Source: Adineta vaga
Taxonomy: Eukaryota; Animalia; Rotifera
Assembly: GCA_021613535.1 (NCBI GenBank)
Contig: CP075493.1
Span: 1,488,001-1,552,000 of the forward strand
Length of the DNA stretch: 64,000 nucleotides
Direction of reading: 5' to 3'
Shown here: positions 39,053-52,174 of the stretch, piece after piece
Layout of the letters: each line of letters opens with the position of its first letter
How positions within the stretch are numbered: the first letter of the stretch is position 1
Notes under the pieces: generated by a model
Databases searched by the model: none
Seen by the model: only the letters and a program-made list of their open reading frames with translations
Told to the model about the DNA's origin: nothing
Made by a program: the position numbers and the translations under genes

Positions 39053-40029
39053 ATGGGACAGTATTTTACCTATCATTCTACAAATATGCAAGGACAAGAA
39101 CGGCCACTTCCATTATGGGAATTTAATAAAGAAAAACATGGATGGTCTCAACGACAATACGATACAATTGGTCCAAAAAATGACTGGAAGCAATTTCGTG
39201 TATTGTCATACAATATTTGGTTTGCCGAACAATATCAACCAATGCGTTTTAAAAGTCTTTGTGATATATTAAATCGATCTGATGCTCAAATTATTGGTTT
39301 ACAAGAAAGTTTGTTTCCTTTTTAGTAAACCAAATTCTGATCTTACAATAACTGATTATTTCGAAACTTCTAGTGACACAGAATGTTCTTCGGCAGCTAG
39401 CAGCACAACCATTCGTTCAAGAAAGATACTATATATCTGATCCTGATGGTCGTACATTTAGTGGTTGGTATGGAGTCGTTTTATTGATTGATATTCGTCT
39501 TCATGTATCTCATTTAAATTTAATTAACTTTCCACAGTCAACTATGGGTCGTCGTTTGGTACTTGCAGAAATCAAATTAAATAAAAAAGAAACACTTCGT
39601 ATTGGAACAGTTCATTTGGAATCTTTGAATAATAAACCACAACGATTATCTCAATTAAATATATGTAATAATATATTCAATCGATCTCCAAGTACCTGTA
39701 TTTTAATGGGTGATTTCAATTTTCCAGCTGATGGATATGAAAATACTGAGCAATTTAATGCTTTACCTGAATGGACTGATGTGTGGATGAAAAGAATGGG
39801 TTCTGATGATCCTGGTTATACTTTTGATACGAAAACAAATGCAATGACTAAATTGAATAATCAAGGCTCGGATCGGTCGAGATATGATCGAATTATCTTA
39901 CGAAGTCAAACAACAATTCCAATGGAAATTGAAATTTCAGGAAATAAACCTATTGGACAACAAGAAAGTGTAGACATATTTCCATCCGATCATTATGGTT
40001 TGACAGCCTTATTCGAAATTAATAATTGA
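39053..40029 (+). CDS. TDP2-like endonuclease/exonuclease/phosphatase, two exons
   Basis: EEP motifs VLSYNIW, IIGLQE, TVHLES, LMGDFN, YTFD, RYDRI, FPSDHYGL. Intron about 39309-39373. Confidence 0.85.
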
Positions 40030-40559
40030 AAAAAAAGACATTATATCTACCAAAAAAACATTTCCATTCTATCATAAGATACGAAATTTCCGTACATTTG
40101 TTCATCTGATCGTATATTACAAAAGATTTTTTTATATAAAAGGTTTTTATACTTATTTTCTATCTTGTCTGACTAATAATAGGCATTTAAGATAATTTAA
40201 CCTACACTGTTCTATAAATACTGAAAAATAAATGAATATTTATGATATTTATTTATAAATATTGACTTCATTCTATTCCGTTTAATTAACAAAGACGTTG
40301 TCAATAGAATAAAAAACTCAATCATTTTCAAGTATTCTTCTTAAAACAACTAAGATGATTGATTTGAATATACCTATCGAACTTTCGAAAAAGAAAGATC
40401 TTCTACAATATGTAAAGTATAATTAATGTGTTTTTATTTTTGAAAATACAACTAAATAAATACATTCACATAATCAAATTAGAGTAAAAGGAGCAGAAAA
40501 TAAAAACATCACGAAAACTTTTATTATGAACTACGAATGGATGAGTGGACGGAGTAAAT

Positions 40560-41417
40560 TTATGTTTCAATTTTATCGGCTAAACGTCGAAGTCGAATCA
40601 ATGCTTCGACAAGAAACATAACACATGCTGCGAATCCAAATGCCTAGAAAAATATTTTACCTAATAAACCAATTGTAATATGAAATTCATAACTTACAGA
40701 AGCCGCTGCTGCTGAACCGATTTGTGGTTTCACAAAACCATTTGGTGTATTAATATATTGATTATTCAAATATATATTTGTTAAACGTTTTCTTAATTTG
40801 TCTTCCCAACACTGAAATATCAATTTTAAGTTTGAAAATAACTTTTATCGAAGACTTCTTTACTTACAGCAACAACAACTGATATACCACATAGAGCAAA
40901 AGCATAGATAATACATAGAAATGCTATCTAAATAGAAAATATATGATCGTAAAAGGATATTCAGAAATCAAATTGAATATTACTATAGTTGAAAATCGAT
41001 GCCACGTATATCGATAACGTATATTAAATAGAATATGTATAATCAATGTTATTAATGTTAAAATAAATATAATCATAAGAATAGCTTGATCAGCTTGTTT
41101 AATTATATACGCATCAATATCATAAAACGATTTCGAATCCACATTCGACTAAGAAAACGAAACTAATCGATATCATTAGTTTTTCTACGGATATTTTATA
41201 CCTACCGGTACAGTTATATTATATTTAATGATATTTGAATATGAGTCTATAAGTTGAGCATAACCACTTGATGCTATACATACAGCAATGAAACCACCAG
41301 CAAGTAATATCTATATAGAATTTGCTATTTAAGTAACTTAACCATAAACTATTATCTTACTAATTCAATAAGATTAGCAAAACCAAGAAGTGAACACAGA
41401 TAATTTATATCAACCAT
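40560..41417 (-). CDS. MARVEL-domain (CMTM/plasmolipin-like) four-TM protein, multi-exon
   Basis: MVDINYLCSLLGFANLIELILLAGGFIA start. Four hydrophobic helices. C-terminal GSAAAASAFGFAACVMFLVEA is typical of MARVEL. Confidence 0.65.
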
Positions 41418-43992
41418 TCTTTGTCAGTTTGAATCAAGAAATTCTTTGGAACATTCTACAGAAGATCTACAAATATTTGCTTAATAAAAGTTTAGAAAGT
41501 GTGAAATCTATTGCGAAGAACACTTCCTCTGCTATTTCTTTTTTTTGTTAAAAACGACGTAAATTACTAAAACGTCTGGTGAATGCGTAAATAGAAAAAA
41601 GAAACAGATTAAGCATCGCAAAAAACCGTCAAAAAAAAAGATGTTCGTCCAAGATGCAAAGAACGAGATAGAATAGCGGAAGCTCATTACCGTACGGATG
41701 AGGAAAAAAAAGAACAAGAAAGAAAGTGTTGTCGACTATTCGCTATGTTTTCCTTCTCTGATTTGATGAATGACAGGATAGATAAAGTCAAATATAACGA
41801 TTTGAAACTAGTTATCTATTCGCAAATATATACATAGAAATTAGATTAAGACTTGTATCGTTCATCGAACGGTTATAAATGACTTTTCTTATCAATAATT
41901 ATATTGTAATACAAGATTTGTTAACGATGAAAAGTAAAGAGATTAGTTTATATTCTTTGCTATGACAACCTGTGCATACGTTTCTCTCTCTTTCTTCTGT
42001 TATTATGATACGGAAATCATAGAAGCAAATGAGAATGGAGCAAAAGTTATTTTTCTTATGAGAATTCAAAACTATATGAAAGTTTTTTGCTTTGCTTTTA
42101 TTTATTTCAAAGATTACAATAGAGTAACTATGTACAAAAGATTTCAAGATTTGATTATGAATGAATTTATATGTATGATGGATGAGATGTTCTGACAATT
42201 TCGGAAAGAAAACAGAAATAATTATCCTTATGACAAATACAAGTATCAAAGAACCGTTTTCTTCTCTCAGTTTCATGTTACCTTGACAGCTGTCAAAATA
42301 AAAGAAACCAGTACTCGTTTTCTGTCAACATAGACGTATGTTTTTTTATCCATAGGAGAAGACGTCATTCAACATTATTCTAATCATAGTGCTCGTTACA
42401 AGCCATTATTAAACTAAATCATATAAACTAGGTTTCGTTTCAAATCTGTCCATAGTGAACTTGTGCATTGTGATTGATTATTTTCGAAATCGTATATTTT
42501 CTAATCGACTTGAAGACTATTGAAATGTTTCTACGTTGATTCGGCATTGCCACTTTCCAATGAAGATCATCTCTTGTCTCTTAAATTGATAATATTTATT
42601 AAGAAAAATCGACATACGTTCGATTGTTTTTGCATGAAATCGAATAAATAGAAAATATCAACTGACTGGTCTCATATATTCTAGATAGGGATAGAACTGA
42701 ATATCAGTAATTAAAAAAACTAATCTATAACGAAAGTTTTGTGTCAGATATCAACACAAGTATTAGTAACATGTCGTATCGCTATGGTCAATGATTGTTA
42801 CTGAAAAAGATTTAAGGAATATTCTATCAATTCAGTCAGAGCTGGATAAACTGTTTCTTGGGTAAATAAAATTAACGCTTTACACGACTCGTTTTTTTTC
42901 ACTTTGTGAACGATGGATTGTGAGTTATTTTACTTTCTTTTTAAAGCGATCAAAATGGAATATCAATAAAAATAATGGATATTAGATTAAAAAAAGTAAT
43001 TATATAGATAGATCTGTTCATTTTGTCTTTTTTTCATTAGAAATCGATGTTTGACGATAAAGCTTCTAACATTCTGAATGATGTGTGTCGATTAGTTTAA
43101 TATTTGTCAGATAATATGTAAGAATAAGTAATGGATGTATGATACATATCGGCACAATCATCGCATTCATATCTACACCCTCGGTGGTCCAACTTTTATA
43201 AACGAAATATAAGATCTTTGTGTACTTTATAACCAATCAAGAGATTCATCACCCACTGCATTCGCGTGACACCTAATTGTTATCTTTTATAGAGTATATC
43301 AATGTTGGAAAAATGACTATTTAAATTTGTATATTATTTTCCGTTTTAGTTCGTAAAGTAAAAATCTTATTAAATTTATTGAATCATACAAATTATCAAT
43401 TAGATTAATGATTAAACGACTTTGTCTTTATGATAGAACCAGTACTTTTCAGCAATCATATTCTATTCAAAGCTTATGAAGTTCCACTCTAGATAGACAA
43501 AATCAAATCTACAACATGATTGATCGTTTTTCGTATAACTATTCCAAACAATCTCGGGTTTACAATATTGTGTATTTTGTACTACTGAAGGCGGAATTAT
43601 AAATATATTTCTCATCTTTGCAAATATACGACATCACAATTACTAGTATTTTTTCATAGAGATCTAGGCGCTCCCATGTTGTTCTATTAATCAGATAGGA
43701 AATTGTAATTATCATTGTTCATCACATTCTTTTATCTGAAGAAAATATAAGAATAACTAATGAAGACGAGAGAAAACAAAGACAAAGAAAAAGAGCGAAT
43801 CTGAATAAATTAACAATAATGATTTGCTTTCTTCCTCTCTATCTCTCTACGATCAAGAGTTGAAGAATTTACTCTCCAGTTCCGCTCGGATTTTTTTCTT
43901 CTGATTAACATTATCTTGTCTCTCGTCTTTCTTTACTGAAAAACATTCAAATCAGATTCCTAGTTAACGATCAACACATCACATACGGACAA

Positions 43993-44548
43993 ATGCAGTA
44001 AGTTATTCAATCACGCACTACAACAGATAACGTTTTCTTATTTTAGTAATATTTCAACATTAATCTTCTTCTTTGGATTAGTATTTCTCATCAATGTTCA
44101 ATCAAGTTCATCATCGAATAGATATCGATCATGTCCAGAAGAATATCGTGAGTTACGTCGTCGAAATGATGATTCAAGTTCCGATTCGGACAATGATGAT
44201 GATGATGACGATAATAATGAAGAATGGGAAGATCTTTGTCGTGTAGCAATCAACGCTGCTGTTCAACAACCACAATCGGTAAAGAGTCAAGCACTTCTTC
44301 GTACTTATTGTCCATATTTGGATGAAGCATTGGAATTAGCTCGAGCAAATAATGATACATTATGCGAAATGAAGAAACGAGCAATAGCAAAGAAGAGTTA
44401 TGCAAAACGAAAACGACAAACTATGAAAAAGAAACGATATGATGATTCAAGCGATGATGATGATGATGATGAGGATAAACGTCGAGCATTACGAAAACGA
44501 AAATTACACAAACGATTTGCTTTGAGATTCATCCGAAAATCATTGTAA
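43993..44548 (+). CDS. Orphan secreted prepropeptide (168 aa) with acidic spacers and polybasic sites
   Basis: Exon 1 ATGCA (43993-43997), GT-AG intron, exon 2 44047-44548 open. MHNISTLIFFFGLVFLINVQS signal peptide, two Asp tracts, four Cys, sites RRR, KKR, KRKR, KKKR, KRR, RKRK and KR, cationic tail. Confidence 0.75.
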
Positions 44549-44656
44549 TCGAATAAAAATTTAGAATGAATAAATATTTGAAAAGAAAAAAAAACATACA
44601 TTTGATTTATATTCTTAACACTCTAATAAATGATTTTCTTTTCAATTATATGTGAT

Positions 44657-45649
44657 TTAATTAGATAATAATAAGTTATTTTGTTTCATAAAATGAACGA
44701 CTGCTTTGGCATAATTTCTTGCATGAGTACGTCGACTGGCACCAGTACGAATGTTATATGGTAATTCCGTTTGAATAGCATTGATTTCAGAAATATAATT
44801 CTTGGTAATGTATCCACCGGAAAGAAATCTTAAAGAACCTGGCTTAGGATTTGCTAAGGATGGATAAGAAATACCCAGTTGATTTGATTCAAGTGCTGTA
44901 CCAAATGAATTCTGACCACGAATACATTCTTCACGATTCGAACGACATAATAAATCAATTGATGTAGTGACGGAAAGAGTATTAAGATCATTTTTATTCA
45001 ACTGATCACTTGTTAAAAGATATCCAACCATTGTATAACTGAATATATATATATATATAAGAATTCTTCAAACTTTGTTCTTTATTATTACTTACTCTCC
45101 AACACCATGTCCATGAATATCAAGAAGTAAACCTTTACGAAAATTTTGATTTATTTTCTGAATAGCTTGTTGAATATTTGCATGATAATGTCGATGAGCA
45201 TTAATTGCTTCTGGATGATTTAATGTTGCTTCTTGACTTTCTCGATTAAAATCAACTTTCATTCGACTCCATTTACCAATAACAACAAATGGTTGAAGAG
45301 AATATTGAATACTTAATTCATTTGCAACATTTTCAGCAAATTCATCACTTAATGTATCTTTTACCGTTGTTGAATTACAACGTTTTCCATCGATACATGT
45401 ATCATTAAACCACCATGTACAAATACCTGTTTGACGAAGACATCCACCTATTGTTCGATCCGGTAAATCATTTGGCATTAAACTACCACCATGTGGTGCT
45501 GAAATAATCAAATTCATATTGCCTTGTTGATTGAATTTAAAAGATGATCGATAACCATCGATATAATTTAATAGTTTTTGTTGTTCTGATTGATCAACAA
45601 AGAATAGAAATGAAATGATGAATATGTAATGACAAGTTAATCGTGACAT
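44657..45649 (-). CDS. Secreted N-formylglutamate amidohydrolase-like protein, two exons, probable HGT
   Basis: Signal peptide. IISAPHGG, KVDFNRE, GLLLDIHGHG, SGGYITKNY, NAIQTELP. Intron about 45040-45095. Confidence 0.8.
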
Positions 45650-46013
45650 CGATCGATGATAAAAATAAAATTTAACAATATTCTACTTGATGTAATCGAT
45701 TGACGTTATTTATAACTGAAAACAAATATTCTATGAGAAAACTTACAGATATTTTTGCAGTGTTTTTTTGTCTCTCTCTCTCTCTCATTTTTATGTTCGA
45801 TATTTTACATGAAAACAACGAAGATTTATTAAAATTAATTCAAAATTTAGATTTAAAAAAACAAAAAAACGTTGCGCGATTATGAAATATAATTCAATTT
45901 CAAAATGTAAGTAAAAAAACAACGATAACAACAAACCAGACTAGAACAAAACATTCAATAGAACCGAAATCATCTGGTTTGATATGAAGCAAAAAAAGGT
46001 ATAGACGATTTAA

Positions 46014-49000
46014 TTAAACTAATTCATGTGATGGAATTCTTTCTTCACGTTCAGCACGAATTAATGTTCGTGCATCGATATGTTTTATACGTCGAATACT
46101 TTTGGCTAAATCTGTTGTTGCTTCAACCATATCTTTTACTGAATAGGATAATGTATGAAAAGCTAAAACATCACCAATCGATTGATTAGCAACGAATTCT
46201 GTTCGAATAAAACTATCATTAGCATAGAGAAATTCAACTAAAGATGCTAACATTAAATCGACAGCATTACGTAACGAAGGTAAAGGTTCACAATGTTTTT
46301 TTTTACTTTTACAACAGGAAAAAAATCGATAATGATTATCAACAGCTGGTAAGGCTTCAAATTGTGGAACAGCAAAGAATGATGGACCACGATTAAGAGT
46401 TCGTTCTGTTTTTAAAAGTGTTACTTCTTGTTCATTTTGAGAATCTTTCGAAGCAACTTGTTCTAATTCATAAGATCCAACATCAATAGTTCCTTGATTA
46501 GTAATTAATTGTTTAGTTAATGAAAGAACATGTTGAATACGTTTTTCAAGTATATGAATATGTTCAAGAACAGGTTGATATAAAACTGTATGAGCTAAAC
46601 GAAGTGATGCAGAAGAATTATTTGATATTAATGTTTTATGTTCAAATTTTGGTTGAGCATTTGGTGAATAACTCATAAATATTGTTAATGGTATATCGAG
46701 ATCATTTTGTAATTTTTCTTCCGTTCGTAATTCTTTCATTGTCCAAGTACGAGCTCTTGGTTCAGTTGCACTACTTGCAGCAACACTTGCTCGTCGTACT
46801 TGCCATCTAAATTGAAAATGTAAAGATTAGTTTTCACAATTAATTTCAATTGTTACTTTGCTTCTTGTGCAAAATGTAATTTTGATTCTGCTTTGAGAAT
46901 TGTTGTACATCGATGAACATGACGAATATCAACACTAATTCGACGCAAAGACTTAGCAATTTCATCATATCGATCTTTAATTTGTACGAAGGGTCGTTTC
47001 CAAAAATTTGGTTCATTCAATGCTTCTTCAAGTAAAGTAGGAAAACTATCAGCAATACGTTCAGTTTCTTCAAGAGTTTTAACTAAATTAGATGATGATT
47101 TATTTGATGAAGTTGTTTGAGAATCAATTACTGCGGGACCAACAAATGAACAGAAATCATCGATTGAAGATTTTAAAGAATTGGAAACATTGTTTATCAT
47201 TAATGATACCTAAAGAATTCGAAGAAAAGAATATGAGAAAAGATTTAATAGATGATCTCTTTTACTTTAGTTTTAATTGTTGCTCGAGCAGTTATTGGTA
47301 AAAATATATTGGAAATTAAAACATGAACAAAGATTCCCAGAAATGTTAAACTCGTTCGAGCTAAAACAGCTGAATTCGATGCACTCAGTTGGCCTTGATT
47401 ATTTCCCGAAAGAAATGTTATAATCGATGCAGATTGTCCACAAACACTAGCAAAATATTCTTTTCTTGGATCAGTTTTTAGATAACCCATTAATCCAACA
47501 AACAAACAAATACTTATACCAACAGCAATATGATTTTCTGCAACACGTACAACAACATATGCATACGTCGAACCAAGTAGAACAGCCATTAAACGTTGAA
47601 ATGAAAGACGAAGTGTACTACCTTCAGATGAATCAGAAACAAGTGCTGTTGTCATCGGTGCCCAATATATCCAACCATATGCTTGTAAACGTTCACGAAA
47701 ATTAATGACAATAATCGCAGATATCAGAACACTAAGACAAGTTTTTATTGAACGAACTAATTTACCAAACGATGGACGAATACCGATATAAGCAGCAAGA
47801 TCAATACATGGTTTTTTCCAATTGAATGGTACTTTCGGTGTTGATGAAGGTGGTCTTGAATCGTGATCATTATCAATACGTGCACCTGGAGTTTCACTTG
47901 TTTCTGCTGCTGTTATAGTTGAATGAACAAGACGTAATGTAAGTAAAAGAAATGTATTCAAACGAATAGCATCTGTATTTGACATTGCGGAATGACGTGG
48001 ATTTTCTCGTACGTGTGTATATGTTTCGAAAAATTCTTCTAATGCTTCTTCAACTCTCGTTCGACAAGCAATTATATGTGCAGTATTAAAACAACTTGTC
48101 GATGCTGTTGTATAGGGAAGTGTTAAATCCAAAAAATCGAATGTCGAATCAAGAAGATGACAGATTGCCTTGAATACAGAATAGATCAATTTTTTTCACA
48201 AAGAAGGTGTGAACGTAGGTGTGTCTTTCTTTCGATTTACATAGAAAAAAGATAACTTACATTAATTAATTGTCGTTGACCGACAAATGCATGATGATGA
48301 TGATCTAAAAATAACATTGCAGCTATCGCTCGTTGTATTGAAGCTAAACCTTTCGTCCAAATAGTTAAACGTGTTTGAAGTGTTGATGTTGTACCAACAA
48401 ATCGTTTGATATATGGAATATGTCGTAATAATCTTCGAATTAAATTGAGAAGTTTTAATAATATAAAATAAGGTTCATAAGATATTTCTGTTAGAGCACG
48501 TTGCATTTGTTTTAATTCATCATTAACTAATGAATATAAATCTTTAATATCACTTTTAAGTAAATGATCATCTCGAAGATCTTCAAATGATGTTGAACGA
48601 TGATGAATATCATCCTCACGATTCGTCTTACTTGGTATTTCTATTCCATTATCATGTTCATCAGTTAGACTCATTTTTTTATTCATATTTCGCATTTCTT
48701 GACCATAACCTTCCATTAAATGTGTATTATGAAATTCTGATATTAATAGAACAATTGCTGTAATTTCACGTCGTGTTTGTCGAGCAATAAATCTCATACG
48801 CATAGTCAATTCTCGATAAGCAGTTGGAACAACTGGTATTGGAATACATGTTACAAGTACAGCTAATGTTGAACCAATAGATAATGATGCCCATATTTGA
48901 AGTACAAACCAACTATTAATATTTGGTTTTGACCACCATTGTATAAGTATAATACATGTTGGTACAATTGAAAATCGACGAACAATAACAGGTAAATCAG

Positions 49001-49416
49001 TGTAAACAATACAAAGAACAAGAACATTCGTTGCGCCAACAGCGAAATAAACATCTCGTGGAAGGAAATTAATAATAAATAGACAATAAACAGTTGCTAT
49101 AGCACCACCGAGATATAATCGAATTGCTGATTGAATTGTAGCACCAAGTGTACTCTTAATTGCAACGATAAAACTAACACCGAGTAAAAGTTGACCTTTG
49201 ATTGAAAATGAAGTTTTAGGAAATAGAGTAAATACTGCAACACACTAAATACAAAAATGAAGTCATTTCATTGTTAACAATTGCTTTCATATTCAATTAA
49301 CTTACAGATATTCCTAATAATGTTCGAAATGCAATTATTAATCGAGCTGAAAATGTTGGTAATAATGGATGCCAACATGTAAATCGTGGTGATCGATGTT
49401 TCATAGATTTTGACAT
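46014..49416 (-). CDS. FUSC/aromatic-acid-exporter/ALMT-like multipass membrane protein, five exons, probable HGT
   Basis: Two TM bundles separated by helical cytosolic domains. YWAPMTTALVSDSSEGSTLRLSFQRLMAVLLG and AVLARTSLTFLGI match the FUSC_2/ArAE/ALMT pattern. The N-half has the repeat-like SFIVAIKSTLGATIQSAIRLYLG. Confidence 0.8.
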
Positions 49417-49983
49417 AGTATTATTACGAATAATCTAAAAATGTACTTACGATATGTAAACAAAAAATCCTTGATAAAATTGTTTAGATAACGAAATGAA
49501 TAGATAATGATTTTTATTCTTTATTTCTTTTGAATTTATAAAGTCAAGTATAATCGAAGGTGAAACATGAATCCAGTTCGTTCTCTTTCAAAGTTTAATA
49601 TCATGATTTTATCCTTGATATAAATTGTTTTCTTTTTCCTTTTTTCTTTTTCAATTCAAAAGCGAACAGGTGTATATATTAATGGTGTTATCTCGATTAA
49701 TTATTCCTTTCAAAATGTCATTTAATGGAAGGTAAAATGTAATAAAAACCTGCACAGATGGAGGAGAAAAAAAACAAAATCGGACGTGTATGTATCGTAT
49801 TTCATACTCACATTGTCAAGAGAAAAAAAACACCAGTAGCAAAGCGAACAAATTTTCTGCTTCTATCATTGTTCTCTCTCTCTCTCTTACTCATTTTTCT
49901 CTTCTTTTCGTTCCTTTTATTTTATGATATAACAATCTTCTTGCAGATTTTCATTATTATCAAGAACGTGAGAAAAGAAATCA

Positions 49984-51110
49984 ATGGCCGATCGAGCCGA
50001 GAAACATGGATTTGCTAAACAAGCTTTTGATAAGGTAAGTTACATAAGATTTATAGTATATCGATAAGGTACTCGATGACTGTACTGATAAGTTTCTTCT
50101 AGGCTCATTAATCATTTGAAATATTCAATTCAAAGATAAGTTTAATCACGTCCAAATAACAATAAAGCGAAGGAAATCCTCGACTTTCTTTCTTTTTTTG
50201 TTCTGTTAATAAAATATATATCAGACATGTCTATATGTTGATGATTTTAAAGGAAAATAGTTGGGAAAACTTTTTTATTATCGACGTTAATGCTAACATT
50301 TGAAAAAAAGAGAGAATGAGTGTAAATACACGCACACATAAAACAGACTTTGCTGATAATTTTATAGAAAAGGTAGAATAATGATTGAAAAGCGAAACTT
50401 ATTCTCTTTATTCTAATTAATAGATTCAATCAAAATATGATGTATTACAAGCACAAGAAGCTTTACAATGGGTTAGTCAAATGATTGGTGAACAATTTGA
50501 TACGAATGGAGAAATGGATAATGTTTATACTCAATTACGAGATGGACGTAAACTTTGCCAGTAAGATTTTATATTTGATAATTCTTCATAGAAAATAACA
50601 ACTCATTCATTTTGTTTAATTAGATTAATGAATAAAATTGTACCGAATTCTATTCCAAAGATTAATAGTGGTAAAGTTCGTTTTCTTTTCTTAAGGAATA
50701 TTTTTTTAGTTTGGAAAATAATTATAGGTGAAAATAGTTTCAAATTAATGGAAAATATTGCACGTTTTGGTCAAGCTGCTCGAACTTATGGATTATCTGA
50801 TTCGGAAACATTTCAAACAATTGATCTTTATGAAAAAATGAATCTTCATCAAGTTGTTCTCTGTCTTTTTGCACTTGGTCGAAAGGTAAGTTTTCACCGA
50901 AATAATCATTTCTTATTCTATATCATTAATTTCCCTTAGGCTCAAAAACAAGGTTTGCCAGGTTTAGGTCCTAAAGAAAGTGAAAAAAATCAACGAACTT
51001 TTTCACCAGAAACTATTGTCCAAGGAAATACAGTGGTTAGTACTCAATATGGATACAATAAAGGAGCGACACAATCCGGTATTAGTTTCGGTAATACACG
51101 TCATATGTAA
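49984..51110 (+). CDS. Transgelin/myophilin (calponin-homology domain plus one calponin repeat)
   Basis: MADRAEKHGFAKQAFDKIQSKYD, QLRDGRKLC, FKLMENIARF, FQTIDLYE, ALGRKAQ, GLGPKES, QYGYNKGATQSGISFGNTRHM. Confidence 0.93.
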
Positions 51111-51331
51111 TCGATATATTCACTGCTTATAATTATATACGTTCAAATGATATTTAACAAAAACATTCTCTTTTCATATGGTGATATATTTATAAGAAAT
51201 AATAACTATCATTTATTTGATTTTATAAAAAAAAGTTTATTCTTAGAATTATTTTTATTCTCTATAAAAAAATACAAAAACAAAATTGATTTCTTTTTGT
51301 TCTCTTCGATTTATACAATAGAAATCTGAAC

Positions 51332-52174
51332 TTACTTGAGTAAATCTTCCTTGATAAAGAGATGAATGACATATATCTAAATGTATACATAACGAAAAAA
51401 AATAAAAACATATAATGTGGATTTTTTTTTCTTTCTTTTGCGTTTTATATGTGACAAAAATGTTTTACCTCACAATACAATGAGAACAGACGTCCAATGA
51501 TGCATATAGTCTTAATATGATGTAATAAAAATGAAGACCGATCAAATAAAGCTTCATATCTGATTATATAAATAACGATGGGAAGACAATGAATGCCAAG
51601 AACAATTGTAAGGAATCCAAATAAGGTTTGAAAACCTTGAATTATATTAAAAAAAATATTTCTATGAAATAATCAAGGTCTATTCACCATTTTTCATTAT
51701 ATTTCGTACGATAAGATCATTACTAGATGATAATTTACTTTTCCATTCTGATCCATGACTATTCAAGGCGACAAATGTAATCCATTCAATTGAAGTTATC
51801 AAAATTCCAATCTAATTATAATAGATATTTTGAATTCAAATCAAAAGAAATATTCTTCTTTTTTGCTTATTTACAGATGAAATTCTTGTCCATAGAATTC
51901 CTCGACCGATATTATCAATTACAACATCAAACCATGCACCAAATTTCGATACTTGATTAAATCGTCTTGCTGTCCAACCATCAATACCATCAAGTAAAAC
52001 TTGAATGATATATAATGGTAAGAAAATTGATGGTTGAGAGAAATAATACCAAGCAAAAACGAGCAAACATAGACGAATATAACCTAGAAGGCTATATAAA
52101 TTATATTGATGAATATCAAATAATAATCTACCGATTAGATTTGGAATGTAAAGTAGTATTGGTACTGATTTCAT
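51332..52174 (-). CDS. CDP-alcohol phosphatidyltransferase (phosphatidylinositol-synthase-like), multi-exon
   Basis: ILLYIPNLIGYIR start. Signature DGIDGWTARRFNQVSKFGAWFDVVID. Confidence 0.88.

Noticed and set aside
41962-42195. ORF with an RNP1-like FAFIYFKD segment
   Set aside because: Isolated motif with no complete RRM. At most an unassignable relic.
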